59,552 nt of DNA from positions 1 to 59,552 of the forward strand of contig ADNK01002329.1 of NCBI GenBank assembly GCA_000320545.1. Reading direction: 5' to 3'. The notes under the pieces are model-generated. The model was given only the letters and a program-made list of their open reading frames with translations. It made no database searches and was not told where the DNA came from. Source of the stretch: Bigelowiella natans CCMP2755. Taxonomy: Eukaryota; Protista; Cercozoa. The position numbers and the translations under genes were made by a program. This document shows, in pieces, positions 27,499 to 39,391 of the stretch; position 1 is the first letter of the stretch; each line of letters begins with the position of its first letter.

Positions 27499-27799
27499 AA
27501 GACGAAGAAGATGTTAAACGCTTGATGGTGTGACGATGATGATCTGGACAATGAAAGGAAACATATCGAAGGATGACAACGAGGGAGGGGGAGATAGATC
27601 GCTTTGATGTAGTATTCCATTTTAAACGGAAGAGTAGTTGTTCACGATTATCCCTCGCTATGTATTGCATAATCTTAGGTTGTTAAAGCAGCAAACTCAA
27701 CCCACTTTTGCGCAGAAAACTTGAGTTGCATTTTTGGCAAACATACGCCTGCACACTGGTCATATGACAACAATAGCTTGGAATAAGAACAAGACATTG

Positions 27800-27844
<45 letters not shown>

Positions 27845-28074
27845 GTGTGTGTTTGGTAATGTATGTGAGTGTAAGTATATCCGCATCGTCATCATTCGCA
27901 TCGTCGTCTTCGTCTGGTCCTCCCCTCCCCTCTCCTTTCCTCCTCCTCTTCCTCCTCCTCCTCCTCCTCCTTCTATACATTTCGTGTGATAGGTAGTGCG
28001 TTCTTAGGCTCCCTGGCTGAAAACGCAACATCAAGCACACCATACTGATCAAACACATGCAAACACACGTATAT

Positions 28075-28122
<48 letters not shown>

Positions 28123-28429
28123 TGCATTTTATCTTGCCTGGTTGAATGTCGCAGCGCAAACAGGGCATTTGTGAGGGTTACCGTCAGAATGTATCAAGCT
28201 AAGAAAACACACACAAAACAAATCATGCTACGATGCCCTCATGGAATATCTAACCGAAGTGTGTTGGTAATAACTATGAATTGAAAGGAAGCAGCTCAAA
28301 GAAGAGGTGGTCCAATACTACTACTAGTACTACTAGTACACGAATCCACTACGTCATGTGATTTGAAAGATGATGCTTTAGCCGAAAAGCCTTGGAGCAC
28401 TACTCAGCCACAACACAATAAGATAAATA

Positions 28430-28466
<37 letters not shown>

Positions 28467-28736
28467 GTCCCAAGGCTCAGACCATTGATGTTGTATTGTC
28501 GTTTCGATGGCAACGATGCGAAAGTAATATAAGCTACATGTCTTCTATGTTGTAAGACATAATAACAGTAATAACCCAGGGAGAGACCACCCTTTCGAAT
28601 CTCTACGCCTTCTTATTCTTCTTCTTCTTATTCTTCTTCTTATTCTTCTTCTTCTTCTTCTTCTTCTTCTTCTTCTTCAATTTTATGGTGAAAATCGTTG
28701 ATCCGTGGATGGAGCTCATTTAAACTCAAACAACAC

Positions 28737-28787
<51 letters not shown>

Positions 28788-28958
28788 AGTATGTTTACCA
28801 CAGTGCAAGCGAATCGACGAGATCTATCATGAGAGACTCGATGAGTGCGCAAATTGGATGCCTAAAGTGAAATAATGTGACCCACATAAATACACACGTA
28901 AAATATAATATACATACATACATACATATATCTATATGTAATTACTCAGCATTACTCA

Positions 28959-29051
<93 letters not shown>

Positions 29052-29492
29052 CTGTCCCCACACAGGCTTCCACATTCTAACCTGCGAGAAGGAAGCATTG
29101 CACCTTTCGCAACGAAATGGCCTGGATTCGTCGTGAATACGGAGGTGGCGACGAATGTCCTCCTAATTGGAAGAACTCACGTTTGCTAATAATATGATTA
29201 TGACGTGCTTGGTAGTAGTTTCAGGAGATAATAAGGTAGATCACCTTCTGCATAAAAGCTGCAAAGCACAGGTTGCACAGGTACTGAATCGATGATGAAT
29301 TATTCCTTCTGCAAATAAAAACGTTTGTGTTTTTGTGTGGCGAAAGAGGTCAAAAGAGGGAGGGAAGAGCTAAAGAAAAAGTGTGTGTTTTCGGTCATTA
29401 CACAGATAGGATTTGATTACTATTTTGTTCGCTTGGCGCTCCTACTTTCTCTTCTCAATCCGAAAAGTACATGGCTGGCCGCCGTTATATCC

Positions 29493-29528
<36 letters not shown>

Positions 29529-29597
29529 TACTTACAATCGGATCATCGTAGAAGTTCTAGTACTTGATGAGACGACCGATGTTGTTGATGTAGGCAT
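25660..29597 (-). CDS. C2H2 zinc-finger protein with nine tandem fingers (about 16 short exons; start uncertain)
   Basis: Spliced fingers: CNLC..HLRIH, CERC..HRVSH, CTVC..HMTLIH, CPVC..HYLSH, CQKC..HMKRH, CRYC..HLETH, CTKC..HTKLH, CRIC..HINELH and CDVC..HFKKAH, ending LTGVIS*. All junctions phase correctly; one intron has a GC donor. Confidence 0.85.
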
Positions 29598-29651
29598 GAG
29601 CAAGCCGTGTTTCTATATTTAGGAGGTGGTATATGAGGGAGAATGTATGTG

Positions 29652-29708
<57 letters not shown>

Positions 29709-30260
29709 ATCACACACTCGCTCGCGAAAAATATTAGACGGTAGCAGTAGCAGCGGCACCCCCTCTCTCTTCTTCTTCTTCTTCTTCTTCTTCTCCTCAC
29801 AAATCATAGAAAAGAGCAACATAAGACCTCTTCATCATCGATCAAGTTTATTCTAAAGGCCTCCGACGCTTTATATACAATGCATACGAAGTGAAGGCAA
29901 CAACAACAACAGCAGCGACAGCAACAATAATAACGAAAAGCAGACAGGAGAGATCGATCTGCCTTCAATCAATGCACATGTTCTTCTTCGCTTCGGATGT
30001 AAGTTAAACATTACCGATGGCTGTGAGGAGGACCAGAAGATACATTTCTACTTCAGCACCACATATTCTGCCTCCTACTTTCAGCATACGGCGGAAATAT
30101 CACGTCATGAGCCGAGTGAGCTCATGGGGAGGGCAGGCGTGCTGGTCCGCGTTCGAAGTCGAAGAAGTTCGAGCTGAGATCTGGTTCACTTAGTCAGAAT
30201 TATACCCATAAAATATCGTAACATTGCAAATAATATTTTTCGCTAAAAAATTCCCTTGGA

Positions 30261-30637
30261 ATGATGGTTCGTGGCGGTATTCCTTCTCTTCCAATGTTCC
30301 AGGCATATATTTCCGTATTTACACAGAGAGGGAGCTACAGAGGCGGTCTTTGTCCTGCGACAAGGAAGAAAGGAGAAGAATCTACAGAGACATGATCAAC
30401 CAAGAGCATACGCTCAAAACGTAATTCTGACCGAAATGAATGGCATTTTTATTATTTTTATTAATTATAGGTCGTCGCAAAGGAGAAACGCATTCATCTT
30501 CTTGGACGGCAAAATTGACCGAATTCCCTTTCCACGAACGAACCGAGGCCGGGTGGCCGTCGTCCTCTCATGGCGGTGATCGTGACTTGCCCACGCTGGG
30601 CTTGGCTATTCTTTACAAATTTTAAAGGAGGTTCTGA
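30261..30637 (+). CDS. Possible small spliced ORF (about 80 aa) or uORF in the kinase 5' leader
   Basis: MMVRG|GIYFRIYTERELQRR...EHTLK|TSSQRRNAF...VVLSW|RRF* joins through three in-phase GT-AG introns, the first only 26 nt (30277-30302). No recognisable domain. Confidence 0.3.
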
Positions 30638-30919
30638 CATCATTTTAACAGTTGTATGATGTAAATTCTACGTGAAAATGTCGGGTACATGTGTTTGATG
30701 TTGAATTCGAGCATGCCCTCTGTTCTTAGAACTTCCGGATGACGACTATCTTCTCATTCTACCCCTGCAAATACCCAATTTTCACCATTCTGAAGTATAA
30801 AGATGGTACCGTAATCAGGTTTATCCGCTACCGGGACAAAGAGATCCTTATATGGCAATTTTCTCCGAATATCATCGCTTTTATACCGGAGGAGAAACGT
30901 GGGAAAAGGATTGAGATCA

Positions 30920-32935
30920 ATGCCGGTCCGTAACTTCATTAGAAGGCGGAATTACCACTATAGTACATTGTCCAATTGGTCATCGATTGCACATTTCGCA
31001 AAGCCAGTCGCTACTCGATGCTACAGCGCAGGATCCGGCTACCTTGAATTCCAACGCTTTCATCGTGATTTGAGAGAGCTTGCTTTTGTGAGCAAGCTTG
31101 GCGAAGGGGTACTTTTAATTTTTTTAACATTTCCAATGTAAATGACAATAATGGTGATGATAGTGCACTCTTTTTCAACAATAATACTCTAAGAATGGTG
31201 GATACTGAATTAAACAAAAGTAGAACATTGATAGGAATTCATCATTGATTAGTATCGCTAGTAAATTAGTGTTTTTGTCTGCCTTAACATGTTCTAACTC
31301 CATCACCGATAAATTTGATTTGTTATTCCAATATTAAGGGTTTCGGAGGCGTGATGCTTGCTCGTCACAAAACTACGGGATTGTTATATTCTGTCAAGAT
31401 CAGCGAAGAAGATGATGATGATACGGACCCGTGTACCCCCCCCCGTAAGCTTTCGGTCGAAGACAGGATAGCACTGTTTCATCCATTTATAGTAAGGTGT
31501 ATAAAATTGAACGCAAAAGAAGAAGAAGAAGAAGAAGAAGAAGAAGAAGAAGAAGAATGCCCCTCTCTAACCGAATTCTATACAGGATGATAAACTGTTT
31601 CAATGTGGCGGAAAAGCGGAGGAGAGTGGCAATATTTGATTTCGTTCGAGGCCCAGATTTAAGCCGCCTCATCTCTCATACGCCACAGCATCTTCGAAAA
31701 CACGCTGCATTCTACACATCGCAGCTTGTCCTTGCACTGGAACATCTCAGGAAACAGGGCGTATTACATAGAGATTTGAAGCCAGAGAACATTCTGATGT
31801 GTGAGGATGGCTACCTCAAAGTGGTTGACTTTGGTTTAGCCGTTAAAAGCAGCAGCAGTAGCAGCAACAACAACTTCTTGCAGAAGGCAACGAGAATAGT
31901 AAATATGAAGACCGCAGGGGGAGGGCGAAATGATATGACGCAGATACCGGCTGCTGTTACGGCTACTACTCCTACTCCTACTACTACTCCGACGTTTGCA
32001 GGCACCGTTGCATATGCATCGCCAGAAATGATCCTTTCTGGAGACGATAGATATACTGATTGGTGGGCGCTCGGGGTATGTTCTATTAAACAGTTTTCTT
32101 GTTAGTTACTCATGCAATTCATAGTGCCATAAAACAACACCACACAAGTTATGCATGGCTTGTTGGTTCCAGAGTATCGTTTCTAACAGCAACTGTATTC
32201 CGCACACCTTGTCATATTATATAGGTGTTGCTCTACCAAATGCTTCATTTGGGAAAGCATCCATTCCAGAGCTCGCGCAATATGTCTACTTCACAAGTAT
32301 TGAATGCTTATGATAATGATGAATAGGATGGTGGACACGGTGAATGTGATGATGAGGTGTTGTCTAAATTTGGATTTTTCAATGAGGAGTTACAATGGGA
32401 TCAGGTGATAATGAAAATAGTCTCGGGTGCCGAAGTAAGGCTTCCAGAAGATTCTGACAAGAATTTCTGTGATGTCATTCGAGGGCTTTTATGCAAGGAC
32501 GTCAAGCAAAGAATGGTTGTCGAATTTGAATGCTGCGCCTCTTCCACAATTATTCACAACTTGTCTTCTTCTACTACCGCCAGGAATTTGTGGGGAGAAT
32601 AAAGGAAGCCACATTTTTTGAACAAATCGACTGGCAAGCGTTAGAAAACAAACGCTCCAAGGTACGTATTATGATATAAATAGAAGAAACGATCAAGCTA
32701 ATGTTATTTGTGTATTTTTTGGCTATGCTGTGATTAGGCTCCTATCGTTGATCTATCCTCGTTGCCTGAATACAAGAAAAGCTTATTATCCGAGCATTTA
32801 CGTCGCTATGGACAAAATATGAGCCAAACCAATAGTGCTGAGCCAGAAGATGAATTGATAGAACGTCGCAATCGCAGCAAAAATCTGTATGATAAAGAAG
32901 CCAGGACTCTGCTTGACAGCGGAATTTTGTGGTGA
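30920..32935 (+). CDS. AGC-family Ser/Thr protein kinase
   Basis: KLGEG|GFGGV, YSVK, HPFIV, HRDLKPENIL, DFG, GTVAYASPE, DWWALG|VLLYQM and the AGC tail FFEQIDWQALENKRSK|AP. About seven exons with GT-AG introns; stop at 32933-32935. Confidence 0.9.
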
Positions 32936-33059
32936 TCATTGTACTAAATCCAGATTCATCATTACATTTTACGAGTACAATGAGCAGCCAGCATGTACAG
33001 GAAATACGACGATTAGGGCGTTATTCATACCATCAACAACAGAGAGAGCGAGAAGCGAG

Positions 33060-34620
33060 CATGTGGGTCTCAGGCGAGCATCTCATAGCAGTGATGCATG
33101 ACTGAGACCCCCACAGAGCATGCAGTCGGTCCAGAAATGGCTTTTCGATGTCATTCTCAAGACTGAACACGTTCAGAAATTGCTCATTTCAATTGAATCA
33201 ACACCACCGACCATCATCGCCTAGATCACCCAGCCATGCACATCCTCACGACACAATTCAAGCATCCCCCCTTGCACACAGACCCTCCTTCTCCAGTTCT
33301 CATCAGTTGCGCAGCTTGCAACGTGATCCAATATACCAATAAGCCACACTGCGGCATTCTTTGTTGGCCTGCATGTGGCGGTGGCACTCATGCAGTAGTC
33401 TAGCAGTGCAAGCAAACACAGGTGGACAGCAGCTGGTGCATACGTGATGAACGTTGCGTTGACGAAAGGCGCGCAGGTGGTCAGGTGTAATGTCGCAGGT
33501 GGTGCTGAAGGTCCATGCACATTGCATGGCATGTCTGTCATGTCCAACTGCTTCAATGTGTGTGTTTGGTCGCGACATCCGTGCGCACTGAGAGATGACG
33601 ACAGTTGCAGTCGACGCAAAATGTGAGCAGTCTAGCAGTGCAATGCCCAGAACGTGCGCACAAGGCAAAAAGGTCGATCCATGAACCAACAATGCCGAAA
33701 TGGCAACGTGCAACAACAATGTGTTCATGCAACACGCGCTAGCACACAAGCACGACAGCCACAACAACGCCAGAACGCACAGTCGTGATTGTTGTGCGCG
33801 TGACGCATTGATGCACAGCAGATGTGGTCATTACTTGCATGAGGCCAAGCAGTTAACGTTGAGGTGACTGGCACAGTTGGGGTGCAGTCACAGCCACCCA
33901 ACAGCAAAAGTCATCACGAGCTTTTCCAGCTTTTGGTGAGTGTTTTCAGTGTTTTGGTGGTCAATGAGTCAATGAGTGAAGTGTTTGCAACGGTGCAGTT
34001 CATTTGAAGAAATGATGGATCACGATTCAGTGAGTGAGTGAACGAGTGTGTTCAGTAATGCAGCCGAAGAACGGATCATCAGAAGTCGATCTGGACAAAG
34101 GCAAAGACAATGATGAAAAACAACGAGTTCACACGCAGGCACACAAGCTCATGCCCACTTCCTTCTCGCAAAACTGCCACCAAGGAAAGCAAGGGTGTGG
34201 TTTGAACGCATCGTACTTTGACTGATGAGTGAACAAGTGAAGTGGTTCCAATGCCCAATGCCCATCTCCTCATGCAGAAGGTGCCTAGTGGCAGCTGAAA
34301 GGATCAACTCACCAATCATCGCAAGTCGATCATTTGTCACAAGCAGCTCGAGAATTGAATGTTGTCGCGATGAAAGTTCCGTTGGCATTTTCTCTATTTC
34401 CATATGTCGCAGGCTTAAAATCGTCTGCGAAGTGAGTGATAGGCACTTTTTTTGCACGCTTGCATGTGGAAACAACATGCAAGAGAAGCCGTGCAACCAG
34501 ACGGACAGCTCTTTGTACCCCAGTTTTTTGCGCCAGTACAACACAAGCAATGGCATCCTCCAGCTCCACCCTCACCGCTTCCCTCACCCTTCTACTCTTT
34601 GCAGGTTGGGCAAGGCACAT
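33060..34620. mobile_element. Degenerate TpA-depleted repeat, TE or pseudogene relic (family unidentified)
   Basis: Composition changes abruptly: mostly 0-1 TA dinucleotides per 60-nt line in 33720-34380, an excess of TG/CA, and no microsatellites. One + frame (about 34013-34665) is interrupted only by TGA stops. There is an imperfect inverted repeat at 33062-33115. Confidence 0.45.
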
Positions 34621-34638
34621 GCATATGTACAGTATCTA

Positions 34639-35186
34639 TTAATATTCATTCAACTGGGACTGTAGAGAAAGATGACACCAGAGTGAGAGGAGCGTGTCAC
34701 AATCCTTAGTTGGTGTGGATGTGTGCTACGTCATCGACACTTGCTTAATTTCGGACAACATGTACACGATATAGAAAAGTACTTGCTTATTCTTGACAAA
34801 AACTCATCAAACAGGAGTTGCATTCACCATGATGCAATCCCCATCATCATCGTCGCTCTCCTTGTCGGCTATTCGGTCTAGAACCAGCCCAGGTAACTCA
34901 TCAAGCGTCCGTGTGATTATATAGCAATCCTGCTTGTATTTATTGGATACGACGGTTTTTTATTCCGCTCTCCTACATTTCTCGCAGGTACGGGTGTGAT
35001 GAGTCGGCGTCCACGAGTATCATCTACTTCTAACCTAAATGCTATGAAGACTGCCAGCGAACAACGTAAGAAGAGGAACAAAGATTCTCCAGAATCAACG
35101 ACAATATGATATCATAATTACTGGTTATTTTCACACGAATCTCTTCGATATGTTTACTACTAGGCCGGGAAGCTGTCCAACTCCAT
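34639..35186 (-). CDS. Small spliced gene of unknown function (5' exons unresolved)
   Basis: In-phase GT-AG exons LEVDDTRGRRLITP|DCYIITRTLDELPGLVLDRIADKESDDDDGDCIM|SQLNEY*. An upstream segment encodes a similar LPGLV motif, but I could not join it in frame. Confidence 0.4.
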
Positions 35187-35405
35187 TCTGCAATGCCCAC
35201 GTCCTACCAACCAGTAGGATATGAAGGTGCGTGCGGTGGCGATAGATGATAACCGAATTTCATTTTAGATTTTTGGGCGAAACATATTAAAGGACTCAAC
35301 GTTTAATGGGCATATTTTCATTATCATTACCAACAACATCATCATCATCATTATTACTTACTATTATTATTATAATTATTAATCTAATCAGACTGGAAGG
35401 AATCC

Positions 35406-36064
35406 ATGGTTCTTCCTAAAGTATATGTCTACGACCACTGTCCCTTCTGTGTCCGAGTCAGGTTGTACTAGTTGTACGTACTAGTTGTACCCCAACACCG
35501 AACATTCATTCAGCTTCTTGTCGCTACTCAATGGTGATATGTTGGGAATAACAACATTTTTCCTCACCTGCTTATTATTAGGATGATCTACGGATTAAAG
35601 AAGATTCGTCACGATTTGATTTGGCTACAGAACGATGATAAGAAGACTCCTTCTCAGATGCACCCGCAACAGAAGAAGGTACTACCTATGATTATATTAA
35701 TAGGATTATTGGAATGTTTCTTTCAGGTTGATAGCTTTACCATAAAGCACTGTTGCTTACTACTACCACTGCTACTGCTAGGTTCTCCCTATTGTTGATA
35801 ACGGGGGTAAAATCATGATTGAATCAATGGACATCGTCAAAGCTGTCGATAACGATCCGATGTACGTTCTTGTGCATTAAAAATCACATCAAAATAATGC
35901 AACGTCAACTATTGTTCCTCTTGATAAACATTGCATCATTTTATCGAATTATTAATTATATAGGTATGGAGCTCCTATCCTTAATCCTTCCTCAGGCCGC
36001 ACAGATTATAATGATTGGGTATGACAATTATCGACGTAATACAACATACAATAACTGTTTCTCT

Positions 36065-36114
<50 letters not shown>

Positions 36115-36372
36115 CTCTCACTGCGACAAGCTGTAGTGTTTCTTTGATGTAAAGAATCTCTATACATACATCATAGGTGAAAAGTATCAAGGAGGTCATG
36201 GGACGTCTCTCCCGCCCTCGGTATGTTAGATTTATGCGATTATTAGTTCACAATGTATCATCATACTCAACATCAGCACATTGAAACTCATTACCCATAT
36301 CGTCGTCCTTAAGAGAGAATAGGCCGCCGTATAGCAATCAAAAGACAACATATTATTACACTGTTGTTTTCA

Positions 36373-36410
<38 letters not shown>

Positions 36411-36741
36411 AATATTCGACGAGTTTCTAAAAATGCTGTTCTGTGATGGAATTGCTACTGTAAGAGCACTCAGCAGACATATTATTTTACTCACCATGTG
36501 CTGCATTATTATTCTGAGATGGATGTGTTTGATCATTCGTTTGCTTGGCACAATATTAGCTACATTCAAGCTTACTTGCCTGAATTCGCATTCCAGTCAT
36601 CAAGAGACACTTTTGTGAGTAGCAGTAGTAGTAGTAGTAGTAGTAGTAGTACGAAGTAGCAGTAGTTGTAGTAGTAGTAGTAGTACTAAGTAGCAGTAGT
36701 TTTAGTAGAAGTAGTAGTGGTAGTAGTAGTACGAAGTATCT

Positions 36742-36773
<32 letters not shown>

Positions 36774-36867
36774 TGTACGAAGTAGCAGTAGTTGTAGTAG
36801 TAGTAGTAGTACTAAGTAGCAGTAGTTGTAGTAGAAGTAGTAGTGGTAGTAGTAGTACGAAGTATCT

Positions 36868-36900
<33 letters not shown>

Positions 36901-37942
36901 CGAAGTATCTGTAGTTGTAGTAGTAGTAGTAGTAGTAGTAGTATAAAGTAGCAGTAGTTGTGGTAGAAGTAGTAGTGGTAGTAGTGGTGGTGGTGGGTTA
37001 AGGCAAAAAGTAACCAGAGAAAAGCATTGGTAATAAATTTATGAAATATGTATGGATTGAGTAGGTTTTGAACCATCCTATCGATAAGAAGAGGTTCTCC
37101 AAGGGTGATGAAGGCATTTTCCAAGAATATGAGGTAGTATGATAGTATGATGGCAGAACAGTGCATCATCTGACAATGACTCACCTTCATCCTTGCACGT
37201 GCGTTGCTGCTTCTCACCGCATAAATAAAAAGATAAAAATTGGGATGGAAGTAATCGCGTCGTTTATTAAATATTCATCGTCTCATATCCCCGAACCACT
37301 CTCAGGAAGCTCTCACAAGAACTGGTGAAGATATTGCCTTTCTCAACAATAAACTTGTGGAGGTACAAGCAACGAATACAACACTCCCCGTGACGCCCTT
37401 ATCACTAGTATTTATCACCATGATTTATTCGTCCTCTGTTTGTTCTTTATTGAGGTGGAGGATATGATCTATGGACCCCACTGTGTGACTGAAGGAGGTA
37501 TATCATGTCTGGAAAGAGAGAACAACATTATCAATATAATCAACATGTTTGTTTCCCTTTGCTCATTAACGCAATACATATAAATCTGAAGGCATCAGTT
37601 ACGATGACATCGAGTTCTTCGCTCGTTTCCGTGGATTGACATTGATCAAGGTGAGAGGCTCTCTAAGAATATATACTTTCATAATAAACAGCAGCAGTAA
37701 CATTACCAAATAATACCATTTATCCGAGTCCTTGTATCCAATATGGGTGACATTAAATCATTATATGATCCTCCCATTGTTATCTGCCCTTATTTCTTTG
37801 TTACCATCTGTTTATTTATATATCTGAATAATAACCTCGTTTCTCAATCTAGGGATTACGAATGGGGCCAAAGTTGACCACCTACCTGGACAACATGGCG
37901 AAAATGACTCAAGTTCCCCTTTACACTGCTATGGCAATCTAG
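35406..37942 (+). CDS. grxB: Glutaredoxin 2 (GrxB, GST-fold) homolog, about 11 exons
   Basis: MVLPKVYVYDHCPFCVRVR|MIYGLKKIRHDLIWLQNDDKKTP...|VLPIV...MIESMDIVKAVD ... PR|YIQAYLPEFA ... ISYDDIEFFARFRGLTLIK|GLRMGPKLTTYLDNMAKMTQVPLYTAMAI*. This is colinear with E. coli GrxB as I recall it (KLYIYDHCPYC...ESMDIV...DNMAKQTQINLLSSMAI). Confidence 0.92.
36619..36997. repeat. Intronic (AGT)n microsatellite organised as a higher-order repeat of about 125 bp (about 3 copies)
   Basis: The same ordered interruptions (ACGAAGTAGC...TTG...ACTAAGTAGC...AGAAG...TGG...ACGAAGTATCT) recur at about 36651, about 36777 and, degenerate, about 36900. Confidence 0.85.
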
Positions 37943-38039
37943 GAATAGAAAGAGAGAGGAAGAGAGAGAAAGAGCTTGCTTCTTTTTGTTTCTTTTGGGA
38001 TCACGGATCACAATCCTTCAGAGGCAATTAGTTTCTCTA

Positions 38040-38890
38040 CATGCGGTTATTGGATGTAGTAGCATGTGCTTTAACATGCGAAAGATCGATACTCCTTACA
38101 AGTCTAGAAGTAACTGCTAGTAGAGAGGCTAAGAATATCCAGACCTGTTCGCCATTTCTAGATTATATGCTGCCATAGCTAGATAGACATCATGTCTCAT
38201 GCTAACATGCATGGCTAGATAATAATGTCGCAGAATATGTATATGCTTTGCGTGTGAGCATAGTATAACTAGTGAACGTATATGCTGATAAATAGTCATC
38301 TCTACATATTCGCAGTACATGCATTTCCATACGCATAGTAGAAGAAGACACGATAGTAGCGGTGTCTATCATTGTGTAGCCCTTTAGGCTACAGAGCGTA
38401 CCCGGGTTCAGAACTCATGTTCTCTGCTAAGCAAGAGCCATACGATGCATGACTGGATGTACATCCATCTACATCGATTGTTTGTGTCGCCCTACATCAC
38501 AGACGCCACATGCTGCGGTGTTGCATTGTGCATTGCATGGTAGGTGTTGGTGCTTGCAAGCAGGAAGCTTGATCGGTAGTGTGCAAGCAAGCTGGTGCCG
38601 GTGTTTGGTACACTATGCTACTTACGAGCATCGCATTATGTACTAGCTAGCTAGTGTAGCTGAAAGCTAGAACGCAAGTCATCATCGATCATGTTAGCTG
38701 CTTATTGCTTGATAATTCTAGAGTATTCTAGTATTCATCAGCACTCTGCCAGCAGACACACGTATATTCAATCATGAGTCATATATTGTAAGCAACTACG
38801 TTGAGTGATCATCAATATAATGTGCGGTAGTCTCCATGACATAGCACATCACATGCATGGACCTAGGAGTCATTATCTAGGCCTCCTGCT
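38040..38890. other. Convergent-junction alternating purine-pyrimidine palindrome tract
   Basis: Lies between the grxB (+) and Omp85 (-) 3' ends. Contains TCTAGA, CATGCATG, ACTAGT, ACCCGGGT, CTAGCTAGCTAG, ATCGAT, CACGT and CCTAGG. Confidence 0.7.
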
Positions 38891-38901
38891 CACATTTGAC
38901 T

Positions 38902-39350
38902 CTACTTATATGCAGTACTACCCTGAGTTTTCTTCCCTTCGAATGTGACCGACAGTTCTTCTGATACTGCTGCCGATGGTTTCATCTCTGTGGTGCTGCT
39001 GCTACTGCTGGCACCTCTATTACCAGGACCACTGCTCCCCCCTGTATTTCGAGAAAATCTCGAGAGCAATTTGTCAACCTTAAGATCCACGGGGACACCA
39101 CCGATAGTAAAATGCAAATTAGTTGTGAGCTTGTTGGTCACTCCAAACTCCGCACATAATGGCCCTGCCTGCACTCCAAGCCCTACGGAAGCTCCCTTGA
39201 GCGAGTCGTTGAAAAGAGGTCCGAAACTACCACCTGTACTGCTACTACCGCTAGGATACGAGAGATGCTGCTGATAGGGATAATACTGCTGCTGCTGTGA
39301 GCTGTCTCTGCCGGGGATCTGTTCATATGAAAGCAGAAGATGTGTATAGA

Positions 39351-39391
<41 letters not shown>

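Noticed and set aside
33900-34620. Assignment to Merlin/IS1595, LTR or Helitron families
   Set aside because: No convincing catalytic motifs, LTRs, TIRs or CTRR end could be read in any frame.
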